Position numbers and translations under genes: made by a program
Source of the DNA: Dehalococcoidia bacterium
GTDB taxonomy: Bacteria; Chloroflexota; Dehalococcoidia; Bin125
Length of the DNA stretch: 64,000 bases
Assembly (NCBI GenBank): GCA_963555985.3
Contig: OY820591.1
Location: 576,001-640,000 of the forward strand
Reading direction: 5' to 3'
Shown here: positions 27,199 through 36,881 of the stretch, piece after piece
Numbering within the stretch: the stretch's first letter is position 1
Layout: every line of letters begins with the position of its first letter
Notes under the pieces: model-generated
What the model saw: the letters and a program-made list of their open reading frames with translations, nothing else
The model's database searches: none
What the model was told of the DNA's origin: nothing

Positions 27199-27450
27199 AT
27201 GGCGATCATCGACAAACTGCGAGGGGTAGACATCCTGAGTCCGCAGATCGGCGATGAGCCGGCGCGGGAAACCGTCGATTGGTTGCAGGATGAGATGGAG
27301 CCGCTGGTCGCAAATCCTGAGCTTGAGCTCATGCTGGATCGTTTGCTGGCGCAGATGGAAGCTCGTATGTGGCGCATTGTCGCGACTGCCACAGCGCTCT
27401 TACTTGCTGCACTCGCCATTGCCACCGGTCTGATCATCGCGCTCAACTAG
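27199..27450 (+). CDS. Small DUF1640-like membrane-anchored protein
   Basis: Short helical N-terminus plus hydrophobic C-terminus; GGGGAG SD. Confidence 0.5.
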   Translation: MAIIDKLRGVDILSPQIGDEPARETVDWLQDEMEPLVANPELELMLDRLLAQMEARMWRIVATATALLLAALAIATGLIIALN

Positions 27451-28379
27451 AACGTCGCAATCACCCCGCCCAGACCGATCAGCGCTCCCACCAGCAGGTG
27501 CAGTTGCGCCGTGCGTTTGAGCATGGGATTGAGCGCCGGACCGGACAGGCCGTTGGCGAGCTCGCGGACGAGGATCGCTGCGAGCGGCAGGGCCAGCAAG
27601 ACCAGCAGCGTCCAGAGCGGCAACAGCCCTAGGCCGGCGAAGACGGCGACCGCCGCGAACGCGCTGAGCACCAGTAGGCCGTATTCGATCCGCGTCGCGC
27701 CTTCGCCGATCACCACTGCGAGCGTTCGTTTCCCGCTCGCGCGATCGGTGTGAATGTCGCGCAGATTGTTGACCACCAGGATCGCGGTGACCGTGCAACC
27801 AACGGGCACCGAGGCAGCAGCTAGTTCCCAGGTCAGTTCCTCAATCTGGACGTAGCCGGCGCCCATCACGGCGACGAACCCGAAGAAGAGGAAGCAGATG
27901 ATGTCGCCGAGTCCTCGGTAGCCGTAGGGCAGCGGACCTCCGGTGTAGGTCACCGCCGCCAGCAGCGACGCGCCGCCGATGATCAGGATTGGCCAACCGA
28001 CGATCACGGTTAGGGCGATCCCAACGACGAGCGCAGCGGCCGTGACGATTGCGATGCCTACAGTCATCTCGCGCTGCGAGAGCCAGCCTTGAGCCACGGC
28101 GCGTGGAGGACCGAGCCGATCTGGTGTGTCTGCCCCGCGGCGAAAGTCGGAGAGGTCGTTGGCGAAGTTGACCACGATTTGGATCAAGATCGCCCCGATC
28201 ATCGCCAAGAAGAAGCGGCCAGCCTCGAAATCGCCGTCGACGGCTGCGATCCCGGTACCCGCCAACACGGGTGATACCGCCGCCGGCAGCGTCGGCGGGC
28301 GAACGGCAAGCAGCCAGGCTCGGCGCTTGCTCGGCAGTGTGGGCGCTTCAGTAATCAGCGCTTCCCTTGTTTCCGTCAT
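27447..28379 (-). CDS. menA: 1,4-dihydroxy-2-naphthoate prenyltransferase
   Basis: RPPTL, NFANDLSDFRRGAD, YGYRGLGD, NNLRDI.TD..SGKRTLAV. Confidence 0.95.
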   Translation of the reverse strand: MTETREALITEAPTLPSKRRAWLLAVRPPTLPAAVSPVLAGTGIAAVDGDFEAGRFFLAMIGAILIQIVVNFANDLSDFRRGADTPDRLGPPRAVAQGWLSQREMTVGIAIVTAAALVVGIALTVIVGWPILIIGGASLLAAVTYTGGPLPYGYRGLGDIICFLFFGFVAVMGAGYVQIEELTWELAAASVPVGCTVTAILVVNNLRDIHTDRASGKRTLAVVIGEGATRIEYGLLVLSAFAAVAVFAGLGLLPLWTLLVLLALPLAAILVRELANGLSGPALNPMLKRTAQLHLLVGALIGLGGVIATF

Positions 28380-28446
28380 TCCCGCGTAGGCGGGAATCTA
28401 TGCGGCGCGCGATGTCTGTATGGGTTCCCGCTTTCGCGGGAATGAC
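28375..28446. repeat. Inverted pair of REP2 hairpins between menB and menA
   Basis: GTCATTCCCGCGTAGGCGGGAATC ... GGTTCCCGCTTTCGCGGGAATGAC. Confidence 0.88.
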
Positions 28447-28479
28447 GAACAAAGCATCATAATTCCTTGGTTGCCGCTC

Positions 28480-29331
28480 CTATGGGAATCTCGGGTACTT
28501 GGAGAAGTCGGGCTTGCGCTTCTCGAGGAAGGCGTTCTTGCCCTCCTTGGCCTCCTCGGAGAGGTAGTAGAGCAGGGTCGAGTCGCCGGCGAACATCTGC
28601 ATCCCGGAGAGGCCGTCGGTGTCGGCGACGAGGGCGCGCTTGATGAAGCGCAGCGCGGTTGGGGACATGCAGAGGATTTCGCGGCAACGGTTGACGACTT
28701 CGAGTTCGAGGTCGTCGACCGGGAAGACCTCGCAGGCGAGTCCCATGTCGACCGCTTCCTGTCCGCTGTACTGGCGGCATTGCATCCAGATCTCGGCGGC
28801 TTTCTTGTGCCCGACCAGACGGGCGAGCAGCATCGTGCCGTAGCCCGCGTCGAATGAGCCGACCTTCGGTCCGGTCTGGCCGAACCAGGCGTTGTCGGCG
28901 GCGTAGGTGAGGTCGCAGACGGTGGCGAGCACGTTGCCGCCGCCGATCGCGTAGCCGGCGACCATCGCGATCACGGGCTTGGGGATCGAGCGCATGTAGC
29001 GGTGCAGGTCGAGCACGTTGAGGCGGGGCACACCATCGTCGCCGACATAACCGCCGTCGCCGCGGATGCGCTGGTCGCCGCCGGAGCAGAAGGCTTCCTT
29101 GCCCTCGCCGGTGAGGATGATCACGCCGACCGACATGTCTTCGTGGGCGCGCTGGAAGGCGTCCAGCAACTCGAACAGCGTCTTGGGTCTGAAAGCGTTG
29201 CGTACCTCGGGACGCGCGATCGTGATCTTGGCGATGCCTTCGGCGATGTCGTAGTAGATGTCGCCGTAGTCGCCCTGGCGCTCCCAATCGGGCAGGCCGG
29301 TGCGTTCGACGGTGACGGTGGGTCGGGACAT
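28480..29331 (-). CDS. menB: 1,4-dihydroxy-2-naphthoyl-CoA synthase
   Basis: [40 protein letters not shown]. Confidence 0.97.
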   Translation of the reverse strand: MSRPTVTVERTGLPDWERQGDYGDIYYDIAEGIAKITIARPEVRNAFRPKTLFELLDAFQRAHEDMSVGVIILTGEGKEAFCSGGDQRIRGDGGYVGDDGVPRLNVLDLHRYMRSIPKPVIAMVAGYAIGGGNVLATVCDLTYAADNAWFGQTGPKVGSFDAGYGTMLLARLVGHKKAAEIWMQCRQYSGQEAVDMGLACEVFPVDDLELEVVNRCREILCMSPTALRFIKRALVADTDGLSGMQMFAGDSTLLYYLSEEAKEGKNAFLEKRKPDFSKYPRFP

Positions 29332-29337
29332 GAATCG

Positions 29338-29991
29338 TTACTCCTTCGCTGAGGATGTGTGCGGATGGGATTCGAGCGGCACGCCGGCGCTGCGCAGTAA
29401 CAGGCGGCGGAGTTCGGGGTAGATGCGCTCGATTGGCGTTGCGATGCGACCGGCGGCCCAGGCGGTGAGCGTTGCTTGCACCATCCCGACCCAGGCACGC
29501 GCGGTGAGATCGGGATCGAGCGGTGCATCGAGCCGGCTCAGTCGTCCGCTGTCCAGCGCGCAGCGGAGTTCCCGCGCGATGACGGCGACGAACTCGTCCT
29601 CGATCTCAGCCACCCGATCGCGTGCAGCGGCGGAACCGATGACCGTTTCCGTCGCCAGCACGCGGGCCAAGGATCGATGTGCGGAGAGTGTCTCAATCAG
29701 CGTCGCCAAGGCGGCGTCGGCGCGGGCTACGGGATCGGAGCCGGCGGCGGACATGGCCTTGGCCACCCGCCGCCGGAGAACCTCCCCGGCGCGCCCGATC
29801 ACGGCGGCGATCAAGGCTTCTTTGGTGGGGAAGTGGAAGTAGAGGCCGCCCTTGGAGGTGTCGGCCGCGGCGGCGATCTCGTCCATCTGAGCATCCGCGT
29901 AGCCGCGCTGGGCGAAGACGCGAGCGGCGGCGTCAAGCAGCTGCTCGCGGCGCTCCACGGCGCGGGCCTGTCGCGGTTGGCTGAGAACCAT
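29338..29991 (-). CDS. TetR/AcrR transcriptional regulator
   Basis: IAAAADTSKGGLYFHFPTKEAL. Confidence 0.93.
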   Translation of the reverse strand: MVLSQPRQARAVERREQLLDAAARVFAQRGYADAQMDEIAAAADTSKGGLYFHFPTKEALIAAVIGRAGEVLRRRVAKAMSAAGSDPVARADAALATLIETLSAHRSLARVLATETVIGSAAARDRVAEIEDEFVAVIARELRCALDSGRLSRLDAPLDPDLTARAWVGMVQATLTAWAAGRIATPIERIYPELRRLLLRSAGVPLESHPHTSSAKE

Positions 29992-30021
29992 GCGGGTTCC
30001 GCATCTAGCAGGAGCGTCGCA

Positions 30022-30052
30022 AATCCGACGCACCAGTCGGTTTCGATAATGT
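30022..30052. promoter_or_regulatory. Putative TetR operator and -10 box in tetR/menG divergent gap
   Basis: CCGAC-N6-GTCGG at 30025-30040; TAATGT 6 nt before menG ATG. Confidence 0.5.
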
Positions 30053-30058
30053 ATCAGC

Positions 30059-30766
30059 ATGGATCGGCAACCCCCGCCTGCGGAGCGCACCGGCGCAATT
30101 GCGGAGATGTTCAGCCGGCTGGCGCCGCACTACGACCGCATGAATCGGCTGATGACGGCGGGCCGCGACGGTCGCTGGCGGCAGTTGGCGGTGGAGGCGG
30201 CGCAGCCGCAGGACGCGATGGCGCTTGATCTGGGGGCGGGCACGGGTGATCTGAGCGCGGAGTTCCGGCAGGCGGGCGCGCAGCAGGTGATCGCGCTCGA
30301 TGTTTCCGCCGCCATGCTCCTACGCGCCCGCGAGAAGTACGGCCAGGAGCGGGTCGATTGGCTGCAAGGAGACGCGCTGCACCTGCCTTTCCCGGATCAG
30401 TCATTCGACGCGGTAGCTTCAGCGTTCGTGCTGAGGAATCTGCCCGACCTGGCGGGGTCATTCGCGGAGATGGCGCGGGTGCTGAGGCCGGGCGGTCGGC
30501 TGGTTGGGCTGGACATCACGCATCCGCCCGACACGCTCTGGGGCAAGCTGCTGCGCTTCGGATTCGAGCAGGGCGTGACGCGAGTGGCAGGTCTGGTGTC
30601 GGGGGATCGGTCGGCGTATCGCTACCTGCCGAATTCGCTTTCGGGCTATCCGACGGCGGACGAGTTGTCGGCGATGCTGGAGTCGGCGGGGCTGGTGGAG
30701 GTGTCGTATCGGCGGTTGTCGATGGGCGCGGTGGCGTTGCATGTGGGCAGGCAACGACGCCAATGA
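30059..30766 (+). CDS. menG: Demethylmenaquinone methyltransferase (UbiE/MenG)
   Basis: YDRMNRLM, LDLGAGTGD, GDALHLPF, AYRYLPNS. Confidence 0.92.
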   Translation: MDRQPPPAERTGAIAEMFSRLAPHYDRMNRLMTAGRDGRWRQLAVEAAQPQDAMALDLGAGTGDLSAEFRQAGAQQVIALDVSAAMLLRAREKYGQERVDWLQGDALHLPFPDQSFDAVASAFVLRNLPDLAGSFAEMARVLRPGGRLVGLDITHPPDTLWGKLLRFGFEQGVTRVAGLVSGDRSAYRYLPNSLSGYPTADELSAMLESAGLVEVSYRRLSMGAVALHVGRQRRQ

Positions 30767-30950
30767 ATCTTCAATTCACGCGGCATGCGCTCGATGTCAT
30801 GGAAGAGCGAAACATTCGACGGGAATGGGTGGAACGGACCGCTGGAACGACCAATGCGTCGGATGATCGATCCGCACGATGAAGAAGTCGAGCGCTTCTA
30901 CCGCAGTGTTCCCGAACGGGACGACCGCGCTCTGCGTGTCGCAGTGAAGG
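30763..30950 (+). pseudogene. DUF4258-like toxin remnant (frameshift, truncated)
   Basis: MNLQFTRHALDVMEERNIRREWVERT, then in another frame ERFYRSVPERDDRALRVAV. Confidence 0.65.
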
Positions 30951-31051
30951 GGATCGCAAGGATGTTTTACACCACACTTCCTGCTCTCAGGATATCGGCC
31001 GAACGAGGATGGTCCGGTGAAATGTCAACTAAATCGCGCTATGCTTGGTCT

Positions 31052-31176
31052 GGAGACTTGGCGAGGCAAGGCCGATGCCGAGCTTCAAGGGCGGGCGGAA
31101 AGGGTGCAGGTTGCGGATTGCGGCACCCCTCCGCCCTAGCGCGGGATCGTCTGTTACCGATTCCCGCGCTTGCCCT
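31052..31176 (+). ncRNA. Candidate structured RNA (hairpin + three-way junction)
   Basis: Four complementary stems; TATGCT at 31040-31045; no family recognised. Confidence 0.3.
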
Positions 31177-31277
31177 ACCCTATCAACGACTCTCTCAGTC
31201 AGTCCCCACTTTGCCGGCGTGACATCGAACCGGGCCAGAAACTCATCGGCGCATCGCCCCTCTTTGGATTCCCATTC

Positions 31278-31605
31278 TTATCCAGCAGCAGACGCATGTC
31301 TGTCCAACGCCTGCTCGAACGCCAGCGCTCGCTCCACCGTTGAGCGGGTCAACTCATACGCCTCGGCGATTGCGGCGACCGTATCGCCAGCTTCGGCAAG
31401 CGACGCCAGGGCCGCCGTTTCGAGCCGGCGGCCCTTGAGCGTGGGCGAACCGCCCATCACGTCGGGGCGGCAGCGCGGTCGCGCGGACGGCCCCGGATCG
31501 TCGCCAGCGTCGTAGGTCCTCGGTGGTCACGCCTGCCAAAGCCGCCACCAGACGCGACGGCATCGACCCCGCAGCTGACTGCTCGTCCAGGTCTCCGCTG
31601 CTCAT
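31278..31605 (-). pseudogene. HTH + DUF433 antitoxin remnant with internal deletion
   Basis: VAALAGVTTEDLRRW HTH; in another frame PDVMGGSPTLKGRRL..IAEAYELT..VERALAFE. Confidence 0.7.
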
Positions 31606-31642
31606 GGCGTACTTCTGCGCGGCAAGTGTACCCACCGTGACT

Positions 31643-32263
31643 TCAGCGCTGAGCTTCCAGCGACACCATCGACCGGCCGCTGCCTTTGACCAGGCGGCCG
31701 GACCAAGTGGTTGGCGGGGCGTCCGACGCCTCCAGCCATTCCGCTCGTGTCACTCGAAATCCGGCGGCGTCCATTGGGGGCTTGAGGGACTTGCGCAGCG
31801 TCTGCGGCGACGGCGCGTCGAATTCGTCGGGCGCTGCTTCGGCGTTGAGCACGATGCTCACCCGCGACTGCTCCGCACACAACCCATCAAGCAAGTCTGC
31901 CAATGCTGCGTCACCGTTCAGAACCATCCGCAGCAGGGCGGCCCAGGGAAAATAGATCGTCAGCCAATCCGCCGCCCCGCGCAGCTCTTGCGGCAATGCC
32001 TCCGCCCGTGCCGCGACGTAGAGCGCGTTCGGCGCGCCGCCGCGAGCTGGCTTGCGCTCCGCGAGCTTGGCCGCCTCGCGTAATGCATCCCGATCGGAAT
32101 CGATCCCGATCGCCAGACAGTTGGCATATTCGCGTGCGAAACGCCGGGGCCAGGCGCCGTCTCCCGTGCCCAGATCGACCAGCGTCGATGAAAACCGTCT
32201 GCGTAATTCGTCGAATTCGGCCTGGTCCAGCTTGCGCGGGCCGCGTCGGGTGATGATCTCCAT
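31643..32263 (-). CDS. NpmA/KamB-like 16S rRNA (adenine1408-N1)-methyltransferase
   Basis: DLGTGDG, IGID, RKPARGG.PN, AEALP.EL...AD, FPW, TTWSGRL match NpmA/KamB motifs as recalled. Confidence 0.8.
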   Translation of the reverse strand: MEIITRRGPRKLDQAEFDELRRRFSSTLVDLGTGDGAWPRRFAREYANCLAIGIDSDRDALREAAKLAERKPARGGAPNALYVAARAEALPQELRGAADWLTIYFPWAALLRMVLNGDAALADLLDGLCAEQSRVSIVLNAEAAPDEFDAPSPQTLRKSLKPPMDAAGFRVTRAEWLEASDAPPTTWSGRLVKGSGRSMVSLEAQR

Positions 32264-32321
32264 GCCACTTCCCCGTAGGGCAGACTAGAATCCCCGAGGC
32301 ACTGGCTGATCACAAGTAAGG

Positions 32322-33446
32322 ATGCCTCCTATGCCGACCCCCGCGCGAGTGATTTTTCTGCCCGAAGCCGACGAACCGCTGGCCATTGAACGCGTCGACC
32401 TGCCCGACCCCACCGACTTCCAGGTCGTCGTCCGCCAGTTCGCCTCCGGCATCTGCCACTCGCAGTTGCACCAGATGCACAACCCACGCAACGGCGATCA
32501 GATCCTCGGTCACGAAGCGACCGGGGAAGTGATCAAGGTCGGCGCACAGGTGACCAACGTGCAGGTGGGCGACATCGTGTTTGTCACCTGGGTGCCGCGT
32601 AATGCCGAAACGGCCATCCGCGAGGTGGATGAGATCGTCGTGGAGCGCCCGAACGGCCGCACCGCTACCACCCGCAACGTCTTCACCTGGGCCGACACGA
32701 CGATCGCGGACGAGAAGTACATCGTCAAGGTCCCGCAGGACACCCGCCGCGATGTGACCTCGATCATCGGTTGCGCGGTGTTGACCGGCTCCGGCGCGGT
32801 CTACAACACCGCCGCCGTGCGCGAGGGCGACAGCGTGGCCATCTTCGGCGTCGGCGGCGTGGGGCTGTCGGCGGTGGTCGCGGCGTCGGTGGTCAAGGCT
32901 GATCCGATCATTGCGGTCGATCTCGACGACAAGAAGCTCGAATTCGCCAAGCGCTTCGGCGCCACCCACGGCGTCAACGCGGGACAGGGCGACGCGATTG
33001 AGCAGATCAAGGAACTGACCGGCGGCCCGGCCGGAGTCACGACCAGCTTCGGCGAGCCGATCTCAGGCGTGGACTTCGCCTTCGACTGCATCGGCCGCAA
33101 GGTCACGATGGAGCAGATCCTGCGCGCCGTCCGCCCCGGCATTCTCGGAGCCGAAAGCGGCGGCACCGCCGTCCTGGTCGGCGTCCCGCACGAGGCCGGC
33201 GCCGAGTTTAGCCAGCAGGAGATGATGAGCCTGCTGATCAACGAGAAGAAGTACATCGGCTCAATCGGCGGCAGCTGCCGCCCCGACCGCGACTTCCCGA
33301 TGTTCCTGGCCTGGGCCGAAGACGGCGCACTCGACCTCGACGCGATGGTCACGGAGCGCTTCAAGATCGGTCAGATCAACGAGGCGACGGCGGCGTTGGA
33401 GCATGGCGAGATCTTCGGTCGGGCGATCATGGAGTTCGACGACTAA
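32322..33446 (+). CDS. Zinc-binding alcohol dehydrogenase (MDR)
   Basis: GICHSQ, GHEATG, IGCAVLTG, GVGGVG. Confidence 0.9.
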   Translation: MPPMPTPARVIFLPEADEPLAIERVDLPDPTDFQVVVRQFASGICHSQLHQMHNPRNGDQILGHEATGEVIKVGAQVTNVQVGDIVFVTWVPRNAETAIREVDEIVVERPNGRTATTRNVFTWADTTIADEKYIVKVPQDTRRDVTSIIGCAVLTGSGAVYNTAAVREGDSVAIFGVGGVGLSAVVAASVVKADPIIAVDLDDKKLEFAKRFGATHGVNAGQGDAIEQIKELTGGPAGVTTSFGEPISGVDFAFDCIGRKVTMEQILRAVRPGILGAESGGTAVLVGVPHEAGAEFSQQEMMSLLINEKKYIGSIGGSCRPDRDFPMFLAWAEDGALDLDAMVTERFKIGQINEATAALEHGEIFGRAIMEFDD

Positions 33447-33511
33447 TCCCCGCTGCACGCGGGGACCCGCTCCCCACTCCCTCATTCCCGCGGCCGGCGT
33501 CCTATGAGGCT

Positions 33512-34276
33512 TCACTCCGAAGCGAGGAACTCGCTGATGTCCGGCTTGTCGGACAGCAACGCCGTCATCGCTTGCACCGCATCCACCACAGAACCGAAGG
33601 ACTGCAAGACGATCTCACCTCTGTCGGACTTCAACAACACCTCGACCTCCGAAAGCCGAGCCGGCAGCGAATCCACGTCGACATCCAAGACACGACCAAC
33701 GGATTCTTGCAGATCAGCGCTGATCACCTTCACGAGATCTGCGCCCACTTGCGCCTGAGCCTCCTCATCCAAATCCTGCCACACGTCGAATGCCGCCCTG
33801 GGTATGTCTCGATTCTTCTCGGGCCAGTCGAAGTCCACATCGTGTTCGAGCAGCGTGCCTACCATGTGCTCGAACGGCACTTCGAGAATCTCGACTCCGA
33901 AACTGCGCAGCAACTCCTTCGACGGCCCGGACCATCTGCCAGCCAGCACCGCGATCGACTTGCGAATCGTCGGGTAGGTTTTGCGAAGATTGTAGTGAGC
34001 CACGCAGAGCCAGCTCACCTTATCGCGATTGTGCTTCGTGTAGCGGATGTACTTGGGATCGATCAGGATGATCGGATTGTCGTCGCTGTCGAACACGACC
34101 GCGTCAATTTGGTAGGTGTTATTGGTCCCATTGACCATTTTCTCCGGCCTGATGCTGCAATCGCGCTCAGCAACCGCTGTCCGCAAGCACTCCACGACGG
34201 CGGCTTCGAACACCTTGCCGACGGCTTCGCCCAACGCGCTCGCCGGATTGGATACCGTCCTCTTCGCAGACGCCAT
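33512..34276 (-). CDS. Putative type II restriction endonuclease (PD-(D/E)xK)
   Basis: QIDAV...LIDPKY; directly downstream of an MTase. Confidence 0.6.
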   Translation of the reverse strand: MASAKRTVSNPASALGEAVGKVFEAAVVECLRTAVAERDCSIRPEKMVNGTNNTYQIDAVVFDSDDNPIILIDPKYIRYTKHNRDKVSWLCVAHYNLRKTYPTIRKSIAVLAGRWSGPSKELLRSFGVEILEVPFEHMVGTLLEHDVDFDWPEKNRDIPRAAFDVWQDLDEEAQAQVGADLVKVISADLQESVGRVLDVDVDSLPARLSEVEVLLKSDRGEIVLQSFGSVVDAVQAMTALLSDKPDISEFLASE

Positions 34277-34286
34277 GTCCGACTCC

Positions 34287-35651
34287 TCACTTCGTAACCG
34301 TTACGATGCTCTCTCGGAGCGGAACCTTGTGTCGTTGAGAGTTGTTCGCCCATTTCTCGCCCCTCTTCCGAATGACCTCCACGTCGTAATCGGAAAAGCC
34401 GACCGCAACAGACAACTCGCCGATCAGTTCATCCGTACGGACGTGAACGCCGTACGGCGCTGAGTCGCCAAGCACCAGGATGAAGCTGCCGCCCGGTTTG
34501 AGAACGGCGTAGGCCCCTTGAATGACCTGCAACATATCCTCGAAGTAGCCAGCGACGAGCAGGTCGTATGCCTTCTTTCCGCCCTTCACCATGCGCAGTT
34601 CCGACAATTCCTCAATCATGCCAACCAACTCGGCCTGAATCCCCGGACTCACCGCCTTGACGCCGGGGCACAACCGGACGTCTTGCATGGCCGTCCTCCG
34701 GATCTGCGTCGTCGCGGCGATGATCAGGCGGTCGCGGACTTCGCGCGTGATTTCCCCCCAAGTGTCGTACAGGCCCCAAAAGTAAGTTTCCAAGCGTGTG
34801 CGATCCGCGTAGTCGTAGTTATTCAGGTAGGGGGGTGACGTGAGCATGAGATCGATGCTCTCGCATTCGGCGTGCTCCGTCAGGCTGCGGGCGTCGCCAT
34901 TCACGAGTCTGTGTTCGGAAGGCGGCGTGCTGAGCATCGTGCGCGAGGCCACGTCGTCCAGCATCAGGTTGCACCGCTTGTGAAACTCCTGAAATGCGTC
35001 TCGGGCCATAGTGCGTTTGGCAAATTTGCTCGGTGCGATGTATGGCCACCCGGCGCCGGCCGTGGTCACGATGCGAAGCGTCGCCGTCAGCGCCATCTTG
35101 AGGAAATCCTGACGGTGCTGGTCCGTTTCGAGAGTCAGGATCGCTTCGCGCAACGCGTACAGGTCATGCAGCGTGTTCGTCTCGAAGCACTTATAGACCA
35201 GCGATGGCCACACGTCATCGCAGCTGACGCCCGAACGACTGATGGCGCTCGCCTCTTCGAGCACCCGATGAATGTCGTTCGTCAGCTGATCCAGGTCGTA
35301 GTCGAAGTGCATTTTGGTCTGCGCGACCCAGAACACGAAGGGGTGGGCTTCGACGCCCAGCGAATTGATGCCCGACTCCCTGGCCGCCAGAGTCGTCGTG
35401 CCCGTCCCCAGGAAGGGATCGGCGATCCAGTCCCCCTCGCCCAATCCGAACTGGTCAATCTTGGTCGATACCAGCTTGTGGGAATAGCCCGCCGGATACG
35501 TGAACCAGCGGTGAATCGGGGCGCGGAGGCTGTCCCGGAAGGAGCCGTAGCCGCTCGGATCCTCGCAAACCGCAGCCTGGTCCTCACTGGCGGCAAGCCC
35601 GCCGGGTTCAGAGCGGTCCGCGTAAACAGCGCCTCTGTCGGACATAACCAC
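34287..35651 (-). CDS. DNA methyltransferase, probably N4-cytosine, alpha motif order
   Basis: DPFLGTGTT precedes TSPPY. Confidence 0.9.
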   Translation of the reverse strand: MVMSDRGAVYADRSEPGGLAASEDQAAVCEDPSGYGSFRDSLRAPIHRWFTYPAGYSHKLVSTKIDQFGLGEGDWIADPFLGTGTTTLAARESGINSLGVEAHPFVFWVAQTKMHFDYDLDQLTNDIHRVLEEASAISRSGVSCDDVWPSLVYKCFETNTLHDLYALREAILTLETDQHRQDFLKMALTATLRIVTTAGAGWPYIAPSKFAKRTMARDAFQEFHKRCNLMLDDVASRTMLSTPPSEHRLVNGDARSLTEHAECESIDLMLTSPPYLNNYDYADRTRLETYFWGLYDTWGEITREVRDRLIIAATTQIRRTAMQDVRLCPGVKAVSPGIQAELVGMIEELSELRMVKGGKKAYDLLVAGYFEDMLQVIQGAYAVLKPGGSFILVLGDSAPYGVHVRTDELIGELSVAVGFSDYDVEVIRKRGEKWANNSQRHKVPLRESIVTVTK

Positions 35652-35911
35652 CTCCGTTCATCGGAGTCTACCTCACGGCAACCATCCCCGATAGGCCGTT
35701 CGACGATCCTGCCGACGCCAACACCCAATGTCGCCCTGCCGTGGCTGACCGCCTAAGCCCGCCGACGGCTCGGCGATGGCCTCGCCTCAGCCTTCAGCCT
35801 CTCTGGACCCGCTCACATAACCCTCTCTCCATAAGTCATCCGTCTTATCGTATCGGCTGTAATACCTCTCGTACTCTCCAAATAGGCTTTAGACTTATCC
35901 GGTCGTCCGAG

Positions 35912-36874
35912 CTAGTCGCCGACCAGTTCCTCATATCTGATTTCAACTCTACTCGAGGGACTCTCTTTGCTTGCCGATTCTCGCTCGACTCCGATGTCAA
36001 TTGCAATCAGGTAGAAGGTCTTACCGGCGTGCTCAAGCCGAGAGGGCGATTCCAACTCTGCCCCATCGGGCGGAGTGAACACCAAATGACGATTTGAGCA
36101 GTTGAAAACTACTAAGTATCCCAGGCCCTCATTGTAGTCGTTAGCGTATCGCAGTACCTGATGGAAGCCTTGCCTAATGTGGCTCCTGCCTTTGCCCCGA
36201 TCCGGATCAAAGATCTTAACTTCCAAGACGATCGGATCTGCCGACCCGAGCGAAGCAACGATGTCGGCTTTGCCCGAAGGGGACGCAGGCTGCGAGAATG
36301 GATAATCGACTCCTCCGTCGAAAAGACTTTCTCGTAAGGTATGGTCAAGTTGCTTTTCTCCTATACTCGTATCCGCTCGATACAACTGGTACAACTCCTC
36401 GCGCCGAAACCACTCTGTTCTGAATTTGAACCGCTCAACCAGATACAACACATTGCCGGCTTCGTCAAGATGATCATGTAGGAAGTTCAACAACGGGTCG
36501 ACAACCGCTTCCGTTAGATCGCTGAGAATGTCCTGAAAGCGATTTTCATGGCTGAACTTCCCGCCCCAATTCAACGCCTGTCTTTCGCTGTCATCATAAG
36601 CACATTGCTTCAGAATCTCCAGACATACCTTAGCCCTCCCAACTTCCGACTTGGGAAACCGCAGCCCTCTGCTGGTCGAGATGTCGGTGATCCATTGATC
36701 GAATTCCACTGCATCGCTCGATTCGATCATTGCCAGCAGCGAGCGCAGGTAAGGGTTGCTGTCAAGAAACTCCAGCAGAAAGCGCAGTTCGGTCTCATAG
36801 TGCTCGTACTTGATCTTGTACAGGCGATTCCTCCTGTCTTGGAGCTGGACGCGGAGATTGAGAAGATAGCGCAT
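35912..36874 (-). CDS. Hypothetical protein with C-terminal PD-(D/E)xK-like nuclease motif
   Basis: GKADIV....PIVLEVK....G..Q...Y; visibly lower GC. Confidence 0.65.
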   Translation of the reverse strand: MRYLLNLRVQLQDRRNRLYKIKYEHYETELRFLLEFLDSNPYLRSLLAMIESSDAVEFDQWITDISTSRGLRFPKSEVGRAKVCLEILKQCAYDDSERQALNWGGKFSHENRFQDILSDLTEAVVDPLLNFLHDHLDEAGNVLYLVERFKFRTEWFRREELYQLYRADTSIGEKQLDHTLRESLFDGGVDYPFSQPASPSGKADIVASLGSADPIVLEVKIFDPDRGKGRSHIRQGFHQVLRYANDYNEGLGYLVVFNCSNRHLVFTPPDGAELESPSRLEHAGKTFYLIAIDIGVERESASKESPSSRVEIRYEELVGD

Positions 36875-36881
36875 GTTGCCT

